NCBI GenBank assembly: GCA_046485045.1
Contig: JAWOHT010000028.1
Location: 3,195 to 67,194, forward strand
DNA: 64,000 nt
Direction: 5' to 3'
From: Bacteroidales bacterium
GTDB lineage: Bacteria; Bacteroidota; Bacteroidia; Bacteroidales; UBA10428
Shown here: piece by piece, positions 9,770 to 19,274 of the stretch
Numbering within the stretch: position 1 is the first letter of the stretch
Layout of the letters: each line of letters opens with the position of its first letter
Notes under the pieces: model-generated
Seen by the model: only the letters and a program-made list of their open reading frames with translations
What the model was told of the DNA's origin: nothing
Database searches by the model: none
Made by a program: the position numbers and the translations under genes

Positions 9770-10528
9770 CTATTTACCACAAATAATAATAAACTCTTTT
9801 GAGTTCCGGTTAAGATCACTCTTACCATAATCACCATATATTTTCAAAAGCTTTAACTTTGATAATCTTATCAAATGCTCCAGTTCATACCTGAAATAAA
9901 AACGCATTTTAAAATTCCACGATTCGTCGTTCCATTGGTCATTCTCCTGCCATTCAAAACGCATGGTAATATCAAGCAACTGGTTTACAAGATCGGGTAC
10001 CGTGTTTGATATCCTCCTGAGCTTTTTATCTGGTTCGTACTCACCTTCAAAATCAACAAGATTGTTAACCCCCTTATGCAGCAGTTCAGGATCGGGGACA
10101 AACAGGTCGAAAATAAATGTTCCTCCGTCGTGTAAATGATCCCAAACATTATTCAAAAACTTTAGTTGATCTTTTACTTCGGTAATATGCGAAAAAACCC
10201 TGAAAGGAGCGATGATAAGGTCAAATTTCCTGTTTAGTTTCATAAAACAGGCATTGCCAATGGTTATCCTTGAATGGTGTTCGGCAGCGAGTTTTTTCTT
10301 CAACACTTCAACCATTCCCTTGCTGATGTCAATACCGTATATATCTGCACCTTGCTGAAGGGCTGTGGTAAAAAACCTGCCGGTGCCAACACCTATTTCA
10401 AGTACCGGCCCCCTTGTTTCATTGATGACATTCAGAAAAAATGCAGAATCAACATGATCTCTGATTGAATGATAGATCACATCGTAAAAGCGTGCAAAAA
10501 TTTCAGGATATTCAAATTTTTCGGCCAT
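9770..10528 (-). CDS. class I SAM-dependent methyltransferase
   Basis: VLEIGVGTGR motif I, GIDIS and L..GGTFIFD. Confidence 0.9.
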   Translation of the reverse strand: MAEKFEYPEIFARFYDVIYHSIRDHVDSAFFLNVINETRGPVLEIGVGTGRFFTTALQQGADIYGIDISKGMVEVLKKKLAAEHHSRITIGNACFMKLNRKFDLIIAPFRVFSHITEVKDQLKFLNNVWDHLHDGGTFIFDLFVPDPELLHKGVNNLVDFEGEYEPDKKLRRISNTVPDLVNQLLDITMRFEWQENDQWNDESWNFKMRFYFRYELEHLIRLSKLKLLKIYGDYGKSDLNRNSKEFIIICGK

Positions 10529-10661
10529 GAACTCTGATTTTTAATTGTTTATTTTTTATTTTGTTACGAAATATTGATCCGATATACCGGAATATCTCTT
10601 CCGGGAACAGACGATGGGGAATTGTAAAGAAATTCGGTCTGGTGTTCAATTTTTACATGAG

Positions 10662-11027
10662 TTATTCCTGTTTCAGATCTTTCTTCACCACGGCAAAGTA
10701 GTCGTTATCTATTGCAAGGTATCCCTGTTCATAGCAAAAATAGTATGTATTGCCATTTTTTGTTATATAGATGTTGGTAAAAAAATCAAACCTGAAACCA
10801 AGTTTAGCCAGATGGCTCCGATGTACTTTTGACTTGCCGTTTGGGTTCAGGTCGGTGAGTATTCTTCTGTTTTTCTTAAGTATGTTGTTTACTTTTTTAA
10901 TGTAATTATCCGTGTAGGTTCTCCACTGGTTGTTATAAAAATTCCGGCAATAGTCAGTACAAAACTTTTTATCTGTTCTTCCGGTAAGCTTTTCTCCGCA
11001 ATTCAGACATTTTCTTTCAGGCTCCAT
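10662..11027 (-). CDS. small basic C4 zinc-finger protein (CxxC...GRxDKKFC...CR), putative DNA-binding regulator
   Basis: CLNCGEKLTGRTDKKFCTDYCRNFYNN, ILKKNRRIL and Y.FCYE.GY. Conserved Bacteroidota hypothetical family. Confidence 0.8.
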   Translation of the reverse strand: MEPERKCLNCGEKLTGRTDKKFCTDYCRNFYNNQWRTYTDNYIKKVNNILKKNRRILTDLNPNGKSKVHRSHLAKLGFRFDFFTNIYITKNGNTYYFCYEQGYLAIDNDYFAVVKKDLKQE

Positions 11028-11050
11028 ATTCTATTGTTTTATTGTATTAT

Positions 11051-11109
11051 AAACGCGTACTGTCGTTTATAACCGACTAATTTCCGACAGTAAATGATTA
11101 TCAACCGAT
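11051..11109. repeat. helically phased array of six (A/T)nn(C/T)G motifs in the zinc-finger/ssb divergent intergenic region
   Basis: AAACGC, TGTCGT, AACCGA, TTCCGA, AAATGA and AACCGA, with the CG/TG at 11054, 11064, 11074, 11085, 11095 and 11106 (spacings 10, 10, 11, 10, 11). Confidence 0.6.
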
Positions 11110-11195
11110 TAACTGAATTGATTGTAAGTTACTTTGTATCGTCAACATTTACAAATTGTTTTAGAAAAAATTATTAACCATTTAAATTTATAATT

Positions 11196-11540
11196 ATGAA
11201 TAACTTAAGAAACAGAGTGCAACTCATTGGCAACCTCGGTATGAACCCCGAAGTAAAAAATCTCGAAAGTGGAAAAAAAGTAGCTAAATTTTCGATTGCA
11301 ACCACCGAAACCTATAAAGGCTCAGACGGGAAAAAGGTAAGCGAAACCCAGTGGCACAATATCGTTGCATGGGGCGGCCTTGCAGACATCGCGGAAAAAT
11401 ATCTTCAAAAAGGCAGCGAAGTGGCAGTAGAAGGAAAACTTACCCACAGAACCTATGATGACAAGAGTGGTAACAAGAAGTTCTTTACCGAAATTGTTTT
11501 GAACGATATTTTAATGCTAAGGAGCGGGAACAGCAATTAA
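11196..11540 (+). CDS. ssb: single-stranded DNA-binding protein, short form without the acidic C-terminal tail
   Basis: N.VQLIGNLG..PE, FSIAT, TQWH.IVAWG and YL.KG.EV.VEGKL OB-fold motifs. Ends at ..LRSGNSN (114 aa). Confidence 0.93.
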   Translation: MNNLRNRVQLIGNLGMNPEVKNLESGKKVAKFSIATTETYKGSDGKKVSETQWHNIVAWGGLADIAEKYLQKGSEVAVEGKLTHRTYDDKSGNKKFFTEIVLNDILMLRSGNSN

Positions 11541-11579
11541 ACACTATTGGCTCTTATATTCACGCTTAATGATTCTCTT

Positions 11580-11615
11580 CAACCCTTCAGGTTTTTACAA
11601 TCTGAGGGGTTGTTT
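11580..11615 (+). terminator. probable intrinsic terminator between convergent ssb and the Cys-rich gene
   Basis: CAACCCTTCAG...CTGAGGGGTTG stem followed by TTTAT. Confidence 0.55.
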
Positions 11616-11670
11616 ATATTACCATTTCTATCTTTAAGCGGCAAATTCCTGCAGCAGACAAAGAATTTTT

Positions 11671-12162
11671 TCAGAATCCATTTCGTAACCTGATATGCCT
11701 GATTATAGTCCCTGATTCAACAAATGCCCCATTGTTGCATCCGGTTACATTACAAAAAGTTATTGAATTATTGAAATCAAGCGCGGGGGTAAGGCCTATC
11801 ACCACCATATCTGAATCGGGCTGGCAACCACAGTTTACCAGTTTTTCAAACGCTGCTCCGCAGTGAGGGCAAAAAAGATCGTCTTTTACACCGTCTTTCA
11901 AATCGCCCGAGAGTACAATTTTTTCGAAATCGCCTTCAATGGCAGAAATAATAAACTCCCCTTCCATTCCCGGCCTTTTAAATTGAATACGTAATCCAGG
12001 ATAACCGTTTATCGGGTATTCGTTGTCAATAATACTGCATCCACTCGGGCAATATGCACTGGTTACTACATATTTAACCTTATCTTCCTTTTTTTCTGCT
12101 TTAACCTTTTCACGTTGGGTCAACGGAATAAGCAACCGCCCGTTCTTTGAATATTTGCTCAT
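11671..12162 (-). CDS. Cys-rich hypothetical protein, putative metal-binding
   Basis: YCPSGC, FCPHCG, NCGC and FCNVTGC clusters in 163 aa. Confidence 0.75.
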   Translation of the reverse strand: MSKYSKNGRLLIPLTQREKVKAEKKEDKVKYVVTSAYCPSGCSIIDNEYPINGYPGLRIQFKRPGMEGEFIISAIEGDFEKIVLSGDLKDGVKDDLFCPHCGAAFEKLVNCGCQPDSDMVVIGLTPALDFNNSITFCNVTGCNNGAFVESGTIIRHIRLRNGF

Positions 12163-12314
12163 TGGATGAAGTATTTAAAAAATTAACATTCAATACTATA
12201 AAAACTCAATAACACAAAATTAGGGATTGTTTTAAGAAAACAATACAGACAAGGGCACTTTACGTTTTTAACTTAGGTAATTTACAGAATAGTACAGAAG
12301 GATAAAACAATAAC

Positions 12315-13562
12315 TTAATAAACAGCCGCATCACCGCCAGCCAAGAACCTTTTGGTGACATATCTTACCGGGTACCAGGCTGCAAAATAACCAACCGTGA
12401 GCACTGCGGTAAAAATAACAGCAACATCTTTCCACTGCACTACTACGGGATATGAATCAATAACAAAGCTGCCACTGTTTGGCAACCCGATGATTTCAAA
12501 TTCGATTTGCAGCCAACATACAATTAATCCGGTAACAATACCGATTAGGGCACCAAGCATAACGATCAGCCATCCCTCGGCAAAAAAGATATTTTTTATC
12601 AAAGACCTGTCTGCACCCATGCTGCGCAATACACCGATATCTGCTTTCTTTTCGAGAACCAGCATCGTAAGTGAACCTATAACATTAAACGATGCAATGG
12701 TAAGTATAAAAACAAGTATAAGAAAAATCATCCATTTTTCGGTTTGCATGGTTTTGAAAAACAGCTCATTCTGCTGATAACGGTTTTTAACTTCAAAACC
12801 ATCGCCAAAAAGAGCCTGAACCTTGTCCTGTACCACACCAATAGTGGTCTTTTCGGCCAGTTTAATTTCAATTGAAGTTATTTCTTTGTCGTAAGCAAAT
12901 AACTCACGCGCAAATTCAAGGGGCACCAAAACATATTTCGAATCAAAATCCTGCTCGATAGAAAAAATCCCGTTGGGGGTGATATATCTCCGGTTAATGG
13001 CCCGCTCCTGGTCGAATGTAACCTTCTTGGTGCGCCGCGGCACATACACGGCCACCTGTTGCCGGTAATTGATTTTTGTATCTATATTGATATTTAAAAA
13101 ATAGGCTATCCCCTGCCCCACGATGGCATAAGGTTCGTAGGCGCTTTTAAGGGTAAAGCTGCCATAACGCATCATGCTGTCAATTCCCGAAATATTAATG
13201 AAATTATCCGACACGCCTTTCAGCACCGCATTGGTCTGCTTCTCATCATATCGCAGCAATACATTGTCTTCCAGAACTTCGGCATAATTCACAACTCCTT
13301 CGATACCTGAAAGCCGGGTTAATACTTCGTTGTCAGGAATGAATGTTTTTCCCTCTTTTACCACAACCAGCAGGTCGGGCTTAAAAGCATTGAACAACGA
13401 TTGCACAAGGCTGTCAAAACCGTTAAACACCGACAGAACAACAATAAGGGCCATTGTTCCCACTGCAACACCACCTGCCGAAATATAAGATATCACGTTA
13501 ATGGCATTGTGCGACTTTTTGGCAAACAGGTATCTTTTTGCTATGTAAAACGGGAAATTCAA
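12315..13562 (-). CDS. LolC/E-family ABC permease (lipoprotein release)
   Basis: FYIAKRYLFAKK, VLSVFNGF, a periplasmic domain, then three C-terminal TM helices with 'LRSMGA....I..IF..EG'. Confidence 0.9.
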   Translation of the reverse strand: MNFPFYIAKRYLFAKKSHNAINVISYISAGGVAVGTMALIVVLSVFNGFDSLVQSLFNAFKPDLLVVVKEGKTFIPDNEVLTRLSGIEGVVNYAEVLEDNVLLRYDEKQTNAVLKGVSDNFINISGIDSMMRYGSFTLKSAYEPYAIVGQGIAYFLNINIDTKINYRQQVAVYVPRRTKKVTFDQERAINRRYITPNGIFSIEQDFDSKYVLVPLEFARELFAYDKEITSIEIKLAEKTTIGVVQDKVQALFGDGFEVKNRYQQNELFFKTMQTEKWMIFLILVFILTIASFNVIGSLTMLVLEKKADIGVLRSMGADRSLIKNIFFAEGWLIVMLGALIGIVTGLIVCWLQIEFEIIGLPNSGSFVIDSYPVVVQWKDVAVIFTAVLTVGYFAAWYPVRYVTKRFLAGGDAAVY

Positions 13563-13574
13563 GCGTGTATGGTT

Positions 13575-13913
13575 TCAGGTGTTTAATAAATTATCTATCC
13601 TGTCTGCATAATCAATTGAATCATCACGGAAAAAAACCAATTCGGGAACTATACGCAGCTGATGCCTTACATTGCTCCCTAGCTGGCTGCGAATAATCTT
13701 CGATTGCTGGTTAATGTATTCAACATATTTTTCTTCTTCTTTATAAGGAAAAATACTCAAATATACCCGTGCAACACTTAAATCGGGACTGATCCTTACT
13801 GTAGTTATTGTGATGAGCTTTCCCTTAAAAAGGTTCTTCGCCTCCCTGATGAAAATGTCTGCAATTTCTTTTTGCAAAAATCTTGCTACTTTGTTTTGTC
13901 TGATTGATCCCAT
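13575..13913 (-). CDS. rbfA: ribosome-binding factor A
   Basis: RQNKVAR.LQKEIA, VRISPDLSVARVYLS and QLRIVPEL.FF.DDS. Start taken at ATG 13913. Confidence 0.95.
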   Translation of the reverse strand: MGSIRQNKVARFLQKEIADIFIREAKNLFKGKLITITTVRISPDLSVARVYLSIFPYKEEEKYVEYINQQSKIIRSQLGSNVRHQLRIVPELVFFRDDSIDYADRIDNLLNT

Positions 13914-14064
13914 GGTATTACCTCCGGCAGAATATTGCTTAACAAACTGCAAAATTCTAAATTTATCCAAGATAATTCATATAATTCGAATATTTAATTT
14001 TTTTTAAGCAACATTTTATAGATTTGTGCCTTGTAAAATTTTAAAGTCCTCATAAAACAATTCT

Positions 14065-15069
14065 ATGTCTAAAAAAAGGGTACTATCATGCATTCAGCCA
14101 ACAGGCGAAATTCATCTGGGAAATTATTTCGGAGCAGTTAAAAACTGGGCAGACATACAAGACAAGTACGATTGTGTATATGGCGTTGTTGACCTGCATG
14201 CCATGACCATGCCATACGATCCGGCCGCACTAAGAGAAAATACACTAAGAATGGCCATTGACCTAATGGTTTGCGGAGTTGATCCTGAAAAATCTGTCAT
14301 CTTTATACAATCGCTTGTACCTGAACATACTGAACTTACCTGGATATTTAATTGTATTGCTTCGTTTGGTGAACTTACCCGAATGACCCAGTTTAAGGAC
14401 AAAACCGAACAGATTGAAAGCGGGGGAAAAAACTCATTTGTCTCGGCCGGTTTATTTACTTATCCAATTCTGCAGGCCGCTGACATTCTTATCTATAGGG
14501 CCGATTTTGTACCCGTAGGGAAAGACCAGGTGCAACATCTTGAATTGTCGAGAAACATCGCGGTAAGGTTTAATAACCTTTACGGGGAATATTTTCCCGA
14601 ACCGAAACCATTACTAACAGAAATACAGAAACTCGTTTCACTTGCCGATCCGACAAAAAAAATGAGCAAAAGCCTTGGTGATAAACACTATATCGGGCTG
14701 TTTGAAGAAGAAGAATCGGTAAGAAAGAAAGTCAAAACGGCTGTAACCGATACAGGTACCACCCCAACAGGTGAAAAGAGCCCCGGCGTTGAAAACCTTT
14801 TCAACCTCATAAGAGCGTGTGGTAAAACCAATGAATACAATAGCCTGTTAAATGATTATAAAACGGGATCGCTGAAATACAAAGACCTAAAAGAAGCTAC
14901 TGCCGATGCACTGGTCGGGCTTACCTCAGGATTCAGGAAAAAGAGAGATGAACTATTTAAAGACCGTGAAAAAAACGAAAAACTTGTAAGGTTGCTTTCT
15001 GAAAAAGCCAGGGAATATGCTTCGCAAACTATAAAAGAGGTTAAAAAACTAACCGGATTGTCTTTTTAG
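14065..15069 (+). CDS. trpS: tryptophan--tRNA ligase
   Basis: QPTGEIHLGNY (HIGH), YPILQAADIL, VPVGKDQ.QHLE and KMSKS. TAGATTTG -7 box at 14019-14026. Confidence 0.97.
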   Translation: MSKKRVLSCIQPTGEIHLGNYFGAVKNWADIQDKYDCVYGVVDLHAMTMPYDPAALRENTLRMAIDLMVCGVDPEKSVIFIQSLVPEHTELTWIFNCIASFGELTRMTQFKDKTEQIESGGKNSFVSAGLFTYPILQAADILIYRADFVPVGKDQVQHLELSRNIAVRFNNLYGEYFPEPKPLLTEIQKLVSLADPTKKMSKSLGDKHYIGLFEEEESVRKKVKTAVTDTGTTPTGEKSPGVENLFNLIRACGKTNEYNSLLNDYKTGSLKYKDLKEATADALVGLTSGFRKKRDELFKDREKNEKLVRLLSEKAREYASQTIKEVKKLTGLSF

Positions 15070-15120
15070 ACCTTTCTTAGCATCACAGACAAGAGATATT
15101 GAATTGAAAAAAACATAGTA

Positions 15121-17133
15121 CTACTTATCTTTTAACAGTTTTTGGTAAGCATACATCTCGTCCCTAAGCCTTGCTGCTTCGATAAAGTTTAGCTCCGATG
15201 CTGCTTTTTCCATGGCCTTTTTAGTATTCTCAATTGCCTTTTCCAGGGCTTTACTATTCATATACTGCACAACAGGATCGGCTGCAATATCGGCTTTGGC
15301 GGGCCCGGTATATGCATGTGGCACACGGGTCTTGAGCCGTACCTCTTTCAAAATATTCGAAGCAGCCTTGACAATTTGTCTTGGCGTAATGTTGTATTTT
15401 TCGTTATAAGCCAGTTGTCTCTCGCGCCGTCTGTTTGTTTCATCAATGGTTTTTTGCATCGAACCGGTAATTTTATCGGCATACATAATCACCTTACCAT
15501 TGATATTTCTTGCCGCGCGGCCTGCAGTCTGTGTAAGCGACCGTTCAGACCGGAGAAACCCCTCCTTGTCGGCATCGAGTATAGCCACGAGCGAAACTTC
15601 AGGAAGGTCAAGCCCTTCGCGCAATAAATTAACACCAATCAGCACATCAAAAGTACCGTTTCGCAAACCTTCCATTATCTCAATGCGGTCGAGTGTATCA
15701 ACATCTGAATGAATATATCTGCACTTTACATTATATTTTACCATGTAATTAGCCAACTCTTCGGCCATGCGCTTGGTGAGGGTAGTAACAAGAACACGCT
15801 CATTGTTCGCCGTACACCGCCCTATCTCCTTTAATAGGTCATCTATCTGGTTCAGACTGGGTTTTACTTCGATAACCGGGTCGAGCAGGCCGGTAGGCCG
15901 AATAAGTTGTTCGACAATCACCCCCTCACTGCGTTCGAGCTCAAAATCGGTAGGTGTGGCGCTAACATAAACAGTTTGAACGATCTTTTCCTCAAACTCC
16001 TCAAACTTCAACGGACGGTTATCAAGGGCTGCAGGAAGCCTGAAACCAAACTCCACGAGCGTCTGTTTTCGGGAATGGTCACCTCCATACATGGCCCTTA
16101 TCTGGGGTAAAGTCACATGGCTTTCGTCAATAACCATCAGAAAGTCTTCGGGAAAATAATCAAGCAAACAGAAAGGACGGGTACCGGGCAAACGACCGTC
16201 AAAATAGCGCGAATAATTTTCAATCCCTGAACAATGGCCTAATTCCCTTATCATTTCAAGGTCGTAAGTAACCCTGTCTTCAATTCTTTTGGCTTCTGAA
16301 TGTTTGCCAATCTCCTTAAAATAGTCAACCTGCTTCACCAAATCATCTTCAATCTGCTTCATTGCATTCTGCATCCTGTATTTGGTGGTAACAAAAATAT
16401 TGGCAGGAAAAACCTGTACATGGTCAAACCTGTCAATGGCTTTACCGGTAATCGGATCAAGTGATTCGATTTCTTCTATCTCATCTCCCCAGAAGTGAAA
16501 CCTGTAAGCATAATCATTGTATGCCAGAAATACATCAACAGTATCGCCCCCCACACGAAAATTACCATGCTTAAACTCTGTTTCGTTGCGCGAATACATG
16601 CTGTCTACCAGTTTTCTGAGAAAAACATTCCGGCTTATTTTTTGTCCCTTTTCAAGCAAAATGGTATTGCTGTAAAAATCATCCGGATTACCAATGCCGT
16701 AAAGGCAGGAAACCGATGAGACCACAATAACATCTCTTCTGCCCGATAGAAGCGAAGATGTGGCACTTAGCCTTAATTTCTCAATTTCTTCATTTATTGA
16801 CAAATCTTTCTCAATATAGGTATCTGTTACCGGCAGATATGCCTCGGGCTGATAATAATCGTAATAAGACACGAAATATTCGATGGCATTTTCGGGAAAA
16901 AACTGCTTAAACTCGCCAAACAACTGGGCAGCAAGCGTTTTGTTATGGCTCAAAACAAGGGTAGGTCTTTTAACTTCGGCTATTACATTAGCAATGGTAA
17001 ATGTTTTCCCCGATCCGGTAACACCCAATAGCGTCTGAAAAGGCAACCCCCTGTTCAGACCATCGCAAAGCTGCCTTATAGCTTCGGGCTGATCTCCTGT
17101 AGGAACAAAATCTGATGTAAGTTTAAACTGCAT
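15121..17133 (-). CDS. uvrB: excinuclease ABC subunit B
   Basis: GVTGSGKT, YYDYYQPEAY, DESH, GRAARN and a C-terminal UVR domain. Confidence 0.98.
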   Translation of the reverse strand: MQFKLTSDFVPTGDQPEAIRQLCDGLNRGLPFQTLLGVTGSGKTFTIANVIAEVKRPTLVLSHNKTLAAQLFGEFKQFFPENAIEYFVSYYDYYQPEAYLPVTDTYIEKDLSINEEIEKLRLSATSSLLSGRRDVIVVSSVSCLYGIGNPDDFYSNTILLEKGQKISRNVFLRKLVDSMYSRNETEFKHGNFRVGGDTVDVFLAYNDYAYRFHFWGDEIEEIESLDPITGKAIDRFDHVQVFPANIFVTTKYRMQNAMKQIEDDLVKQVDYFKEIGKHSEAKRIEDRVTYDLEMIRELGHCSGIENYSRYFDGRLPGTRPFCLLDYFPEDFLMVIDESHVTLPQIRAMYGGDHSRKQTLVEFGFRLPAALDNRPLKFEEFEEKIVQTVYVSATPTDFELERSEGVIVEQLIRPTGLLDPVIEVKPSLNQIDDLLKEIGRCTANNERVLVTTLTKRMAEELANYMVKYNVKCRYIHSDVDTLDRIEIMEGLRNGTFDVLIGVNLLREGLDLPEVSLVAILDADKEGFLRSERSLTQTAGRAARNINGKVIMYADKITGSMQKTIDETNRRRERQLAYNEKYNITPRQIVKAASNILKEVRLKTRVPHAYTGPAKADIAADPVVQYMNSKALEKAIENTKKAMEKAASELNFIEAARLRDEMYAYQKLLKDK

Positions 17134-17289
17134 TTCAAAAATAACTTGAAGTAAAAATAAACAAAATCAAAAAGCATCACGTATGATAAGACAATTAACA
17201 ACAATGTCTGTTCAATATTTTTACAAATTACTTTCAGATTATATTCCTAATTGTTAAATTTATAGTAATAAAAGAAATCAATCCCATTC

Positions 17290-18687
17290 ATGGATAAAAA
17301 TAAAAGAAGACCCAGTTTTTTGAAGCATATTGCCCAATTGATATCAAAAAACAGGATGCTTGTTGCAGAAAATAAAAAGCTGACAAAACAAAATGAGCAA
17401 TTGTTTCAGGAAATTGAGAAATATAAGCTTATACAAGACAAGGATGAAATACAAAAAAAATTATCTTCAAATGAAAAAGTTTCCCGGATTGTAAAATATA
17501 AAATTTCAACTGTGCTGTATGCCGAAGCACAAGGCTTTTCAGAAATAGGCAAAGACATGGACTCTAAATTTCTTGTAGATAACCTTGATGAGATATTTTT
17601 GCAACTTAATACAATTATCGGAAAATACGAGATCAAAAACCCGAAAACGATAGGCGATACCATTATGTGCGTTGGGGGTATCCCGAAAAAAAATATTACC
17701 AATCCTTTAGAGGTAGTGCTTGCTGCGGTAGAAATGCAGTATTATACAAAAGACCTTCAGCGTTCATATAAAGACAGCAAAATATGGAAACTCAAAATAG
17801 GCATTCATACCGGACCGGTGGTTGCCTCCGTTACAGGCAGAAAAAAACCACATTATGAGGTAAAGGGAGATACAGTTAACCTTGCTGCACGTATCAAATC
17901 GTTCTGCAGCGATGGTGAAATACTTATATCTGCAACAACCTATGAAATTGTCAAAGACCTTTTTAATTGCGAGTATTTTGGAAAGATGCCGGTAAAATAT
18001 AAAGGCGACATACAACTATACACCGTACATGGTATCAAACCCGATTTCTCACTGCAATCAAAAGGGTTAATCCCCAATAAAAAATTCAGCATCAGGTTTG
18101 GACTTACACAATTCATGGACCTTCAGGAAATGATACTTGACAAACTGGAAAAAGAGCTGCCAAAAACGCTGTACTATCATAACGTAAAACATACGGTTGA
18201 TGTAGTTACCCAGGCAGAACTCATCGGTTTCGGAGAAGGCGTAAGCGATGAAGAGTTGCTTTTATTGAAAACTGCTGCCTTGTTTCACGATACAGGCCAT
18301 ACCATAGGTTACAATAACCATGAATATAACAGTGCTATTATGGCAAAAGATATCCTGCCAAATTATTACTACACGCAATCACAGATAGATACTATATGTG
18401 AACTCATTATGGCCACCAAACTGCCCCCGAACCCGAAAAACAAGCTCGAACAGATTATGTGCGATGCCGATCTCGATTACCTGGGCAGAAGCGATATGAT
18501 ACCTGTCTCCAATTCTTTATTTATGGAACTTAAAGAGCAGAACAAAATATCTTCGCTGAATGAATGGAACCAGCTACAGGTAAAATTTATCTCCGGACAT
18601 CAGTACTTTACCTATACCGCCCGTAATCTGCGTGAAGTAAACAAACAGAACCAGATTGAACGCATAAGCAACCTGGTAGAGGCCTAA
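17290..18687 (+). CDS. class III adenylate/guanylate cyclase-like domain fused to a C-terminal HD phosphohydrolase
   Basis: N-terminal coiled coil; KTIGD, IGIHTGPV and GDTVNLAAR; then YYHNVKHT, ALFHDTG and CDADL. Confidence 0.85.
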   Translation: MDKNKRRPSFLKHIAQLISKNRMLVAENKKLTKQNEQLFQEIEKYKLIQDKDEIQKKLSSNEKVSRIVKYKISTVLYAEAQGFSEIGKDMDSKFLVDNLDEIFLQLNTIIGKYEIKNPKTIGDTIMCVGGIPKKNITNPLEVVLAAVEMQYYTKDLQRSYKDSKIWKLKIGIHTGPVVASVTGRKKPHYEVKGDTVNLAARIKSFCSDGEILISATTYEIVKDLFNCEYFGKMPVKYKGDIQLYTVHGIKPDFSLQSKGLIPNKKFSIRFGLTQFMDLQEMILDKLEKELPKTLYYHNVKHTVDVVTQAELIGFGEGVSDEELLLLKTAALFHDTGHTIGYNNHEYNSAIMAKDILPNYYYTQSQIDTICELIMATKLPPNPKNKLEQIMCDADLDYLGRSDMIPVSNSLFMELKEQNKISSLNEWNQLQVKFISGHQYFTYTARNLREVNKQNQIERISNLVEA

Positions 18688-18755
18688 ATATTATTGAATT
18701 TCATCCTGTAAGTTTTTTTGTTATAAAATTGAAATAAATTTCATACCGGTTTTGA

Positions 18756-19151
18756 TTATCCCTGTAATTTGAAGAATAGCCCTGCCAGATCAACTATTTT
18801 TGGCAGGAATATCACGATTCCGGCAATTGCAGCTGCCCCAGCAGCTATTAACACTGCACCGGCTGCCAGGTCTTTTGCCCTTCTGGCCTTTTCGTTGTAA
18901 TTTGTGGTTGTAAGATCAACCAACAGCTCAATGGCAGAATTAAATGCTTCTGAAGCCACCACCATCGCGCTTGCCATTGCCAGGATACACCATTCTGTTT
19001 TTGAAATTTTCAAAACAATACCAAAGGCAAAGGCTATTAACATCAACACCATATGCACCAATGCATTTGGCTCCTTTTTCAGCATGTAGTACAATCCCGA
19101 AAATGCATATACGAAGCTTTGTTTTCTCTCTTTAAAATATTTCCTTTTCAT
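18756..19151 (-). CDS. dgkA: diacylglycerol/undecaprenol kinase family protein
   Basis: SF.YAF.GL, E.N...H, EAFNSAIE..VD and AKDLAAGAVL. Confidence 0.9.
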   Translation of the reverse strand: MKRKYFKERKQSFVYAFSGLYYMLKKEPNALVHMVLMLIAFAFGIVLKISKTEWCILAMASAMVVASEAFNSAIELLVDLTTTNYNEKARRAKDLAAGAVLIAAGAAAIAGIVIFLPKIVDLAGLFFKLQG

Positions 19152-19274
19152 TGTATTGTTTTATTAAACAGTCCTGAAGCAATGGCCCCTGTAGTGAAAT
19201 TAGATTTACAGAGACATAATTTTCAGAAACCCTCTGCATCAGGGCTGTTTATTTTTCTTAATGATAACATCCAA

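Noticed and set aside
17290-18687. Pycsar or CBASS-type antiphage system suggested by the cyclase
   Set aside because: There is no adjacent TM, TIR or cNMP-binding effector, and the neighbours are housekeeping genes (uvrB, dgkA).
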